Shown here piece after piece: positions 29,456 to 37,288 of a stretch of 41,789 bases of DNA. Each line of letters begins with the position of its first letter. Position 1 is the first letter of the stretch. Below the pieces are notes generated by a model. That model was given only the letters and a program-made list of their open reading frames with translations, had not been told where the DNA came from and ran no database searches. Location of the stretch: contig RFYG01000002.1 in NCBI GenBank assembly GCA_009925685.1, forward strand, positions 1 to 41,789. The letters run 5' to 3'. Origin of the DNA: Pseudomonadota bacterium. GTDB taxonomy: Bacteria; Pseudomonadota; Alphaproteobacteria; Rickettsiales; UBA1997. A program made the position numbers and the translations under genes.

Positions 29456-30536
29456 GGCAAATTTTGTTAATAATATTTAAGACTACTTCGTTTTCTTGGT
29501 CATTGCCAATAGTCGCACGCAGGCATGACGGCAAACCATAGGCCTTCATCTCACGAAAAATTATTGAATTTTCTAAAAGTTTGTTATTCGCTTTTTGGCA
29601 ATTTTCGGAGCTTAAAAAATCTATTAATACAAAATTAGCGATCGATGGGTAAAGCTTTATTTTGTTGATTCTAGATAGTTCTTGTTGATAGATTTTTAAC
29701 CACTTAGTGTTGTGGTTTTTAGATTCTTGAACAAAATTATCGTCATTAAGAGCGCTTAGCGCAGATATTTGGGCAGGGCCCGAAACATTGAAAGGTCCGC
29801 GTACTTTGTTTAAAATTTCAGCAATCTCTAACGAAGAATAACTCCAACCAACGCGAAGCGAGGCCAAACCATAAATCTTGGAAAAGGTGCGTGTAAGCAC
29901 TACATTAGGATTGTCATTGACGATTTTTATGGCATCGTAATAGTCATTTACATCAACAAACTCTTGATAGGCGTGGTCAAGCACTATTAGTATATTTTTT
30001 GAAACATTAGCGATTAATTCGAGAATTTCAGAGTTATTAAGATAAGAACCTGTTGGGTTATTAGGATTAGCAATAAAAATAATTTTGGTCTTTTTGGTGA
30101 TAGCATTTAAAATTTCATAAATATCGGTTTTGAGATTTTTCTCTTTAACCTTGACGGGCTTAGCCCCAACTCTTTTAGCTGAAATCGGATACATCAAAAA
30201 TCCATGCTCACTATAAATCACCTCATCGTCGATTCCTGCAAAAGCGCTTGTTAGAAATGAAATTATTTCGTCGGATCCAGCGCCACAAACGATTTGATCG
30301 GGGTTAATATTGTTTTTTAGACCTAAAGCATGCCTAAGATTCGAAGAGGCTCCGTCGGCATATCTAAAAACATCTTGCGCATGCTCGATATATGAAATTA
30401 AAGCTTTCGGACTTGCTCCAAGAGCATTTTCGTTTGATGATAATTTAATAATTTTTTTAGAATTATTGGTAATTTTTGATTTACCTGGAACATAATTTTC
30501 AATTTCAAGAAGGTATTGATGTGCTTGAGGTTTCAT
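29445..30536 (-). CDS. hisC: Histidinol-phosphate aminotransferase (class II aminotransferase)
   Basis: The protein is 363 aa. It has YVPGKS, KLSSNENALG, and the PLP lysine in TFSKIYGLASLRVG. Confidence 0.82.
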   Translation of the reverse strand: MKPQAHQYLLEIENYVPGKSKITNNSKKIIKLSSNENALGASPKALISYIEHAQDVFRYADGASSNLRHALGLKNNINPDQIVCGAGSDEIISFLTSAFAGIDDEVIYSEHGFLMYPISAKRVGAKPVKVKEKNLKTDIYEILNAITKKTKIIFIANPNNPTGSYLNNSEILELIANVSKNILIVLDHAYQEFVDVNDYYDAIKIVNDNPNVVLTRTFSKIYGLASLRVGWSYSSLEIAEILNKVRGPFNVSGPAQISALSALNDDNFVQESKNHNTKWLKIYQQELSRINKIKLYPSIANFVLIDFLSSENCQKANNKLLENSIIFREMKAYGLPSCLRATIGNDQENEVVLNIINKICHGL

Positions 30537-30538
30537 AA

Positions 30539-31573
30539 TTATTGATTGCGAATAGTTTTTAACATTAGTTCAACATTTTCGATTGGGGTTTGGGGCAAAA
30601 TTCCGTGACCTAAATTGAAAATAAAGGGTTTATTGGCCAAGGTATCGAGAATATTTTTAATCTCGGTTTCAATTTGTTTTTTGTCGCCAAAAGCTAATAA
30701 AAAATTATCGAGATTACCTTGAATAACTTTGTTTAAAGAGTTTTGCAAAACATCTTGCGCCCAAAATTTATCTATACTTTGATCGATCGCCAACCCATCA
30801 GAATCGACTTGTTTTGCAAATGCTTGATAATTAACCCCGATTGATTTTGGGAAATAAATTATTGGGGTTTTCGGATGATTTTGTTTTATAAAATCAACAA
30901 TTTCTCGAGCAGGATTTATAACCCATTTTTGAATTTGTTCGGGAGGTAAAATTCCTGCCCATGAATCAAATATTTTTACCACCGAAGCTCCGGCTTTAAT
31001 TTGCGAGTTTAAATAAAGCTTTAGCGAGTCAGTCAGAATCAAAATCAATTCAGCAAATAATTCGGGATGTTTGATTGCCACTTCTCTAACTTTATCAAAA
31101 TTTTTTGAACCACCACCTTCGATCATATAGCAAGCTAAGGTCCATGGAGCACCACAAAATCCGATTAAATCTTTATCAGATTCTAACTTTGAGCGCGTAA
31201 GTGATATAGCCTCATAAACCCTATCAAGATTTTGGTTAGTATTAGTAATTTTAAGCTTTGTTAAGTCTTTTTTGATATCAAATTCCGCTAATTTTGGCCC
31301 GTGGTTTTTGATAAAATCGACTTTAATTCCGAGGGCGTCAGGGATTACCAAGATATCGGAAAAAATTATCGCACTATCAAAATCAAATCTTCGAATGGGT
31401 TGAAGGGTAACTTCGCATGCCAATTGAGGGTTGTAACATAAATCTAAAAAATTGTTAATTTTGGAGCGTGTGGCTAGATATTCAGGTAAATATCTACCAG
31501 CTTGACGCATTATCCAAATCGGAGGAATTTTATAGCATTCTTTGTTAACCAAAACATTATATAATTTTCTCAT
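30539..31573 (-). CDS. hemE: Uroporphyrinogen decarboxylase
   Basis: The protein is 344 aa. The N-terminal signature PIWIMRQAGRYLPEY is followed by FDSWAG and NLGHGI blocks. Confidence 0.93.
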   Translation of the reverse strand: MRKLYNVLVNKECYKIPPIWIMRQAGRYLPEYLATRSKINNFLDLCYNPQLACEVTLQPIRRFDFDSAIIFSDILVIPDALGIKVDFIKNHGPKLAEFDIKKDLTKLKITNTNQNLDRVYEAISLTRSKLESDKDLIGFCGAPWTLACYMIEGGGSKNFDKVREVAIKHPELFAELILILTDSLKLYLNSQIKAGASVVKIFDSWAGILPPEQIQKWVINPAREIVDFIKQNHPKTPIIYFPKSIGVNYQAFAKQVDSDGLAIDQSIDKFWAQDVLQNSLNKVIQGNLDNFLLAFGDKKQIETEIKNILDTLANKPFIFNLGHGILPQTPIENVELMLKTIRNQ

Positions 31574-31827
31574 TATTTTTTAGTAATAATTATAAGGGCT
31601 GTTGATATGTTAATTAAAAATTATTAACAATTTTATTAACATTTTAAATTATTGTAAATAGAGCTTTTGCGATAGTTATTAACATTTTAAATTTGTTAAT
31701 TTTTAAGTTATTAACAATAATAAATTTGTTAAAAAAATGTTAATAAAGTTGATAAGTTTTTTGATAAAATATTTAATGTTTGTAAGTGGATATTTATCAA
31801 CAATTTATTAACACAATTATTAACATA
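31574..31827. other. Candidate chromosomal replication origin (oriC): ORF-free AT-rich spacer with clustered DnaA-box-like 9-mers
   Basis: Perfect TTATTAACA copies start at 31621, 31633, 31676, 31708, 31805 and 31817, with an inverted copy at 31738-31746. Variants are TTATCAACA (31794-31802), its complements at 31600-31608 and 31747-31755, and aGTGGATAt (31785-31793). There is one TTAA-N7-TTAA site (31729-31743). The region lies immediately upstream of hemE. Confidence 0.55.
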
Positions 31828-32085
31828 ATGAAAGAGATAATCCAAGAGAAGTTGATTCGAGAATTTGCTCCAAGTTTTTTAGAAATAATTAATAATTCTC
31901 ATCTTCACCAAAATCATTTTGTTGCACCAAACCTAGAGCTTCAAAATCAAACTCATTTTATGATTAAAATATCAGCACAATGTTTTAACGGGATGACTAA
32001 AATTAATATTCATCGACAAATAAATAAAATTTTAAGTGATGAATTTAAGAGAGGGTTGCACGCCTTGGAAATAAAGGTGATATAG
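31828..32085 (+). CDS. BolA family protein
   Basis: The protein is 85 aa from the ATG at 31828 (MKEIIQEKL...). It has NNSHLH...THFMIKISAQCFNGMTKINIHRQI...GLHALEIKV, which is the BolA pattern. The GTG-started upstream extension in the track runs into the repeat field and is not needed. Confidence 0.72.
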   Translation: MKEIIQEKLIREFAPSFLEIINNSHLHQNHFVAPNLELQNQTHFMIKISAQCFNGMTKINIHRQINKILSDEFKRGLHALEIKVI

Positions 32086-32089
32086 AATT

Positions 32090-33394
32090 TTAAGATTTTT
32101 TATCTTTATGACCTAACAAAGAAATTTCTTTCTTTTTTTCGCGTTCCTCAATTTCTTTTTCAGACAGATGGGTTGATTTGATAAGTTTGATATTGTCAAC
32201 AGCCTCTTGATTCACAGTGATGGATTTAATGTTTTTTTGTGAAGGAATTTCATACATTGAATCGATTAAAATATTTTCAACAATTGCGCGAAGACCCCGA
32301 GCCCCGGTTTTACGATCGATGGCTTTTTTGGCAATTTTTGATAAGGCTTTTTCTTCAAAATTAAGCTCAACTTTATCGAGGTTAAATAGTTTTTGATATT
32401 GTTTAACGATTGAGTTTTTGGGTTCAGATAAAATTTGGGTTAAATCCTCTTCGGTCAAGCCATCAAGAGGAGCAATAATTGGAAGTCTGCCAACGATTTC
32501 AGGAATTAAACCATATTTAATTAGATCATCCGGCTCAACATCACGAAAAATATCTTTACGAGAAGTATCCTCTTTGTCGCGAACATCGGCCTCAAAGCCA
32601 ATAGAAGCGCCAGCACCTCGTTTTGAAATGATTTTTTCTAAGCCTGAAAATGCACCGGCGCAAATAAACAAAATATTTTTGGTATCGATTTGCACATATT
32701 CTTGTTGAGATGATTTGCGACCCGGCTGAGTTGGGACTGAAGCCACGGTGCCCTCGATAATTTTTAATAAACCTTGTTGAACACCTTCGCCTGAAATATC
32801 ACGGCGTGAATTATCCTCAATTTTGCGGGCGATTTTATCGATTTCGTCAATATAAACTATGCCTCTTTGAGTTTTTTCAATGTCATAATTTGCAACTTGT
32901 AAAAGGCGTGAAATTATATTTTCAACATCGTCACCAACATATCCAGCCTCGGTGAGAGAAGTGGCATCAGCCATTGTGAAAGGGACATCTAAAATACGCG
33001 CAAGAGTTTGAGCAAGAAGGGTTTTTCCGCACCCAGTTGGCCCAATCATAAGAATGTTAGATTTAGAAATTTCAACCCCATCAGAACCGAGAAAAATATT
33101 GTCGATTCGTTTATAATGGTTGTAAACCGCAACCGATAGAACCTTTTTGGCGTAGTCTTGACCAACCACATAATCATCAAGAATTTTTAAAATTTCTTTT
33201 GGAGTGGGTTTTTCGCCGTTATTTTTGTAAAGAGGGGATCTTTTGCCTTCTTGTTTAAGAATGTCCATTCCGAGTTCAATGCACTCATTACAGATAAAAG
33301 CGGTTGGCCCAGCTATTAATTTTTTGACTTCATGCTGTGATTTACCGCAAAATGAACAATGCAAATTTTTTTCTTCGTCGTGTTTCTTAACCAT
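32090..33394 (-). CDS. clpX: ATP-dependent Clp protease ATP-binding subunit ClpX
   Basis: The protein is 434 aa. It has the N-terminal zinc finger CSFCGK...CNEC, Walker A GPTGCGKT, Walker [10 protein letters not shown], and sensor blocks. Confidence 0.97.
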   Translation of the reverse strand: MVKKHDEEKNLHCSFCGKSQHEVKKLIAGPTAFICNECIELGMDILKQEGKRSPLYKNNGEKPTPKEILKILDDYVVGQDYAKKVLSVAVYNHYKRIDNIFLGSDGVEISKSNILMIGPTGCGKTLLAQTLARILDVPFTMADATSLTEAGYVGDDVENIISRLLQVANYDIEKTQRGIVYIDEIDKIARKIEDNSRRDISGEGVQQGLLKIIEGTVASVPTQPGRKSSQQEYVQIDTKNILFICAGAFSGLEKIISKRGAGASIGFEADVRDKEDTSRKDIFRDVEPDDLIKYGLIPEIVGRLPIIAPLDGLTEEDLTQILSEPKNSIVKQYQKLFNLDKVELNFEEKALSKIAKKAIDRKTGARGLRAIVENILIDSMYEIPSQKNIKSITVNQEAVDNIKLIKSTHLSEKEIEEREKKKEISLLGHKDKKS

Positions 33395-33447
33395 TTTTTT
33401 AGTTTATTTTGTTATTTGGGGTTCGATAAGTTTTGGGGCCTCTATTT

Positions 33448-34059
33448 TTAGGGTCTTTTGTCGATTACTTTATCGATTATACCGAAATCGAGAGCTTTTT
33501 GAGGGGACATAAAATTGTCGCGCTCCATCGATTTTTCAATTATTGAAATTTTTTGCCCAGTATGTTTGGCGTAGATTTCGTTAAGACGTCTTTTAAGTGC
33601 CAAAGTTTCTTGAGCGTGTATTTCGATGTCGGTTGCTTGGCCTTGATAACCTCCGCTGGGCTGATGAATCATGATGCGAGAATTTGGCAAACAGAATCTT
33701 TTGCCTTCGGCTCCGGCGCATAAAAGCAAGGATCCCATCGAAGCGGCTTGACCGATGCAAACCGTACTAATATCGGGGCGAATATATTGCATGGTGTCGT
33801 ACATTGCAAGACCAGATGTGACAACGCCTCCCGGTGAATTTATATAAAAATAAATATCTTTTTTTGGATCTTCGGACTCAAGAAACAACAATTGAGCCAC
33901 TATCAATGAAGACACTTGGTCGTTGACTGGACCGGATAAAAATATAACTCTTTCTTTTAGAAGTCGGGAGTAAATATCGAATGACCTTTCGCCTTTTGGG
34001 GTTTGCTCAACAACCATTGGCACCAAATAATTGGCGTGATCGAAAATTTTTTCTGACAT
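33448..34059 (-). CDS. clpP: ATP-dependent Clp protease proteolytic subunit
   Basis: The protein is 203 aa. It has [22 protein letters not shown], the catalytic Ser in GQAASMGS, and His in IMIHQP. Confidence 0.97.
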   Translation of the reverse strand: MSEKIFDHANYLVPMVVEQTPKGERSFDIYSRLLKERVIFLSGPVNDQVSSLIVAQLLFLESEDPKKDIYFYINSPGGVVTSGLAMYDTMQYIRPDISTVCIGQAASMGSLLLCAGAEGKRFCLPNSRIMIHQPSGGYQGQATDIEIHAQETLALKRRLNEIYAKHTGQKISIIEKSMERDNFMSPQKALDFGIIDKVIDKRP

Positions 34060-34204
34060 TTTTTGTGATTTTATTTGATGATAAAAATTGTTGCTAACGA
34101 AACTAGAAATATTTTTTTTTAATGCAACCTTGAAACTGTTTTTTTATTCGATTAGATTTTTCGAAAATTTACATATCTAATCCAAACAATCCAAACAATT
34201 ATTT

Positions 34205-34792
34205 ATGACTACAACAACTGAAAATTCAGATAATATTCAGCAAGAAGATTTAGATTCCGGCAATTCGGAAGGAGCCTCTTCTAATCAAGGCAAAAATAAC
34301 GACGATTACTTAAATTTGAGTAACAAAATTGTAGAACTCGAACAAAAACTATCCGAGGCCAATGATAAAATTTTAAGAACATTAGCCGAGCTCGATAACG
34401 TTCGAAGACGCTCCAGAGAAGAAATTGAAAAAGCATCAAAATACGCAATTGCAAATTTTGTTGGTGATCTTGTGATGGTGGCGGAAAATTTTTTTATGGC
34501 CAGCGAGAATTCGCCGAAGCAAGAAATTGAAAAGTACCCCGCCATCAAAAATTATGCCACTGCCATAGAAATGACCGAAAAAGAATTGCTTAAGGTGCTT
34601 GAAAAAAATAATGTCAAAAGAATTTTTCCGCTTAATCAAGAATTTGACCACAATTTTCATGAAGCCATCGCCAATATCGAATCTGATGCGAAAGAGGGTT
34701 TGGTGGTTCAAGTTATTCAAGCTGGGTATTCGGTTGGAGAGAGATTGATTAGGCCAGCGTTGGTTGGAGTCGCTAAACCAAAAGCTCAATAA
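34205..34792 (+). CDS. grpE: Nucleotide exchange factor GrpE
   Basis: The protein is 195 aa with an acidic N-terminus and a coiled coil (LRTLAELDNVRRRSREE). The C-terminal block is FDHNFHEAI...GYSVGERLIRPALVGV. Confidence 0.9.
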   Translation: MTTTTENSDNIQQEDLDSGNSEGASSNQGKNNDDYLNLSNKIVELEQKLSEANDKILRTLAELDNVRRRSREEIEKASKYAIANFVGDLVMVAENFFMASENSPKQEIEKYPAIKNYATAIEMTEKELLKVLEKNNVKRIFPLNQEFDHNFHEAIANIESDAKEGLVVQVIQAGYSVGERLIRPALVGVAKPKAQ

Positions 34793-34991
34793 TTTTGGAT
34801 TTGAAAATCAAATTTTAAGTAAAATTAAGGGGTGGATTTTTTTAAAAATTGAGTGTTGCAAAAAATTTTTTGTCACTGATAATTTATTAAGAGTTAAAGT
34901 TTTGAAACAAAGTCCGGTCAAATATTTATTTAATCATTTAAAACCTCCGATATTTATTAAATAATTTATTTAACCAGTCCTTGGGTTGATA

Positions 34992-35067
34992 GGGATTGTA
35001 GCTCAGCGGTCAGAGCAGGACGCTCATAACGTCTTGGTCGTAGGTTCAATCCCTACCAATCCCACCA
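34992..35067 (+). tRNA. tRNA with CAU anticodon, elongator type (Met or lysidine-dependent Ile2)
   Basis: The sequence is GGGATTGTAGCTCAGCGGTCAGAGCAGGACGCTCATAACGTCTTGGTCGTAGGTTCAATCCCTACCAATCCCACCA. The acceptor stem is a perfect 7 bp with G1-C72 paired, so it is not an initiator. The anticodon loop is CTCATAA. From memory, the anticodon arm and variable loop resemble E. coli ileX more than metT. Confidence 0.9.
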
Positions 35068-35234
35068 GTTTACCTTTTTTTCCCCCTTTTTTTTCACTGT
35101 GCACACTCAAAATCATTTAGAATCTTAAGTTAGCCTCGATGCACAAGAGCTAGTTATTTTGGAACCAATTATTTTAAGTTTTTTTTAAATTAATTAAAAA
35201 ATTAAAACCAACGCTAAGTATTAACAATTCAAAG

Positions 35235-35498
35235 TTGACGGCATTTTTAGTTGTTGATTTTAAAATCTTCGTTCATAGAATCGCGCCTCGTTGTTTTTTG
35301 GTTAGCACTCTTGGGTGTCGAGCCAACATTGCTTAAGCGTTTATCTTTTAAGCTACAAAACAATCTAACAGTTTAGCGTCAAGCAACTGTTTTTCATCCC
35401 ATCTTTTCTAAGAATCGGTTGAATATCTCATTGATTATTGGGCCCAACAAAATGAAATTTATTTCTGCCCAATTGTCTTAAGTTCAAAACTACTAACC
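35235..35498 (+). promoter_or_regulatory. Putative promoter plus long structured 5' leader of rpmI-rplT
   Basis: There is a -35 TTGACG (35235-35240) with a poor or ill-spaced -10 (TTTTAA at 17 nt, TAAAAT at 20 nt). Downstream hairpins are 35298-35326, 35367-35391 (followed by a T run) and 35437-35473. No ORF and no clear Shine-Dalgarno precede the rpmI ATG. Confidence 0.3.
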
Positions 35499-35702
35499 AT
35501 GCCTAAAGTCAAAACAAATAGTGGCGCCAAAAAGCGCTTTCGTGTCACCGGTACCGGAAAATTATCCCATAAACAAGCCGGAAAAAGACACAATCTTAAC
35601 AAAAAAAGCCAAAGAAGAATTAGAAATTTGCGCAAGAGCGCTTCTTTATCTGAGGGTCACACCGCAAGTGTTTTAAAGTTCAAAATGCCCTACAACAGGT
35701 AA
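35499..35702 (+). CDS. rpmI: 50S ribosomal protein L35
   Basis: The protein is 67 aa and begins [21 protein letters not shown], the canonical L35 N-terminus. Confidence 0.93.
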   Translation: MPKVKTNSGAKKRFRVTGTGKLSHKQAGKRHNLNKKSQRRIRNLRKSASLSEGHTASVLKFKMPYNR

Positions 35703-35737
35703 TCAAACTTATATAGAAATTAAATTTAGGAGACAAA

Positions 35738-36097
35738 ATGAGTCGTGTTAAAAGAGGAGTTACCAAAAAAGCTCGCCACAAAAAAATCTTAAAAATGGCA
35801 AAAGGCTATCGTGGCCGAGCCAAAAATTGCTTTCGAGTCGCCATTGAAAAAGTCGAAAAAGCTTTAAGATATGCTTATCGCGATCGCAAAGTGCGCAAAA
35901 GAGACTTTCGCGCTTTGTGGATTCAGCGTATTAATGCCGGAGTTAGAGAGCACGGCCTTGTCTACTCGCGCTTTATAAATGGCCTAAAGTTAGCCAAAAT
36001 CGACCTTGATCGCAAAGTGCTTTCTGATCTAGCCTCTCGCGATAAAGAGACTTTTGCAAAAATTGTTGATAAAGCCAAAAAAGCTCTTGAAGCCTAG
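35738..36097 (+). CDS. rplT: 50S ribosomal protein L20
   Basis: The protein is 119 aa. It has [26 protein letters not shown] and YAYRDRKxRKRDFRxLWIxRINA, the canonical L20 pattern. Confidence 0.95.
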   Translation: MSRVKRGVTKKARHKKILKMAKGYRGRAKNCFRVAIEKVEKALRYAYRDRKVRKRDFRALWIQRINAGVREHGLVYSRFINGLKLAKIDLDRKVLSDLASRDKETFAKIVDKAKKALEA

Positions 36098-36147
36098 CCC
36101 TATATTCTTTGCTTTTTGCAAAATAGTTTTCAAAAGACAACAAATTT

Positions 36148-36181
36148 ATTTCTAAATTGAGCCTCAACTCAATTTAGAAAT
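36148..36181 (+). terminator. Perfect 14-bp hairpin downstream of rplT (terminator or transcript-stabilising stem)
   Basis: The arm atttctaaattgag (36148-36161) pairs with ctcaatttagaaat (36168-36181) around a 6-nt loop. No T run follows, so intrinsic termination is uncertain. Confidence 0.4.
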
Positions 36182-36198
36182 ATACCCACCCTTACTCA

Positions 36199-36651
36199 AT
36201 GAAACTTTACAGCGGATTAATAAAACTCGACAAGTCTGGAAAAATCGAAGATTTGGCGGTTATCGATGAAAGCTTTTCCTTTAGCGCATTAATTTTCAAC
36301 CCTTTGTGGTTCTTGTTTCATCGCATGTGGCATGAATTTTTCGCTATAATCGCAGTTTTTTTTAGCTTCGATATTTTTTTATCCAAGTTATTTGATGACG
36401 CGTTGTGGCTTAAATTGACCTTCTTTGCAATGATTGCGTTAAATTCTAGATCGTGGTTGGTTGATCATTTAATTCAAAGAAAAAAATTTAAATTGGCCAC
36501 AATGATATTTGCCAAAAGCCCAGTCGATGCCAAGATCAATCTAGTTAAATATCTTGTCGAAAATAATGATAATAAATTTGCATCAATATTTAGTGAATCG
36601 ATATTGAATCCATTCATCTCAAGTCCATCGCAAAACAAAAAACACAAATAA
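36199..36651 (+). CDS. DUF2628-like small membrane protein
   Basis: The protein is 150 aa. FSFSALIFNPLWFLFHRMWHEFF is followed by two hydrophobic helices and a short soluble tail. This matches my recollection of the DUF2628 proteins that sit beside hisH in alphaproteobacterial his clusters. Confidence 0.5.
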   Translation: MKLYSGLIKLDKSGKIEDLAVIDESFSFSALIFNPLWFLFHRMWHEFFAIIAVFFSFDIFLSKLFDDALWLKLTFFAMIALNSRSWLVDHLIQRKKFKLATMIFAKSPVDAKINLVKYLVENNDNKFASIFSESILNPFISSPSQNKKHK

Positions 36652-36655
36652 CTGC

Positions 36656-37288
36656 ATGAAAATCGTTATTATTGACTACGGGGCGGGCAATGTTAAATCG
36701 GTTTTTAATGCACTAAAAAAAATCGACAATCTTTGCGATGTTATTATATCAAGTGATCTAGCCGACATAAAATCGGCGAATTATTTTATACTGCCTGGCG
36801 TAGGGGCGTTTGGTGATTGCATGAATTCTCTGAAATCGGTTGAGGGTCTTTTGAGCGAGCTTCGTAACCAAGTCCTAAATTACAAAAAACCATTTTTGGG
36901 AATATGTGTTGGAATGCAGGTTTTGGCTTCAATTGGGCTAGAAAACGGCGAACATCATGGTTTAGGTCTCATTAATGGGAGGGTTGAAAAAATTCCCGCC
37001 GAAAATGGCTTAAAAATTCCGCAAATGGGTTGGAACTCCCTCAAAATAAAATCCGTCAACCACCCGATTGTTTTGGAAATAGCTCAAGACGAAGATTTTT
37101 ATTTTGCCAACTCCTATCATTTTATTTGTCAAAACGAAAATAATGTTATTGGTTACGTTGATTACGGCATAAAAATTAACGCGATAATCGCCAAAGACAA
37201 CATAATCGGGGCGCAATTTCATCCCGAAAAAAGTGGAAAAGCCGGACTCAAATTCTTGAAAAATTTTATTGATTGGCGCCCTCGATAG
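36656..37288 (+). CDS. hisH: Imidazole glycerol phosphate synthase, glutamine amidotransferase subunit
   Basis: The protein is 210 aa. It has IIDYGAGNVKSV, LPGVGAFG, the nucleophile elbow GICVGMQ, and the C-terminal FHPEKSG. Confidence 0.88.
   Translation: MKIVIIDYGAGNVKSVFNALKKIDNLCDVIISSDLADIKSANYFILPGVGAFGDCMNSLKSVEGLLSELRNQVLNYKKPFLGICVGMQVLASIGLENGEHHGLGLINGRVEKIPAENGLKIPQMGWNSLKIKSVNHPIVLEIAQDEDFYFANSYHFICQNENNVIGYVDYGIKINAIIAKDNIIGAQFHPEKSGKAGLKFLKNFIDWRPR

Noticed and set aside
31574-31827. Multiple CtrA boxes (TTAA-N7-TTAA) in the candidate origin.
   Set aside because: I enumerated all TTAA positions. Only one pair (31729/31740) has the required 11-bp register, while the TTATTAACA pairs give N8 spacing. 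One hit in such A/T-rich DNA is within chance, so CtrA control is not claimed.
34856-34884. A sigma-70-like promoter, TTGCAA-N16-GATAAT, about 105 nt upstream of the CAU tRNA.
   Set aside because: It is a plausible match, but many such hexamer pairs occur by chance in A/T-rich spacers and nothing else corroborates it. I did not list it as a feature.
35302-35328. A possible CIRCE (HrcA) operator, TTAGCACTC-N9-GAGCCAACA, upstream of rpmI.
   Set aside because: The left arm is perfect, but the right arm matches GAGTGCTAA at only 4 of 9 positions. The downstream genes are ribosomal proteins rather than chaperones. I kept it only as part of the leader-structure observation.
35068-35498. A degraded infC pseudogene in the long spacer before rpmI.
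   Set aside because: All three forward frames are riddled with stops. I could not see any IF3-like peptide remnant.
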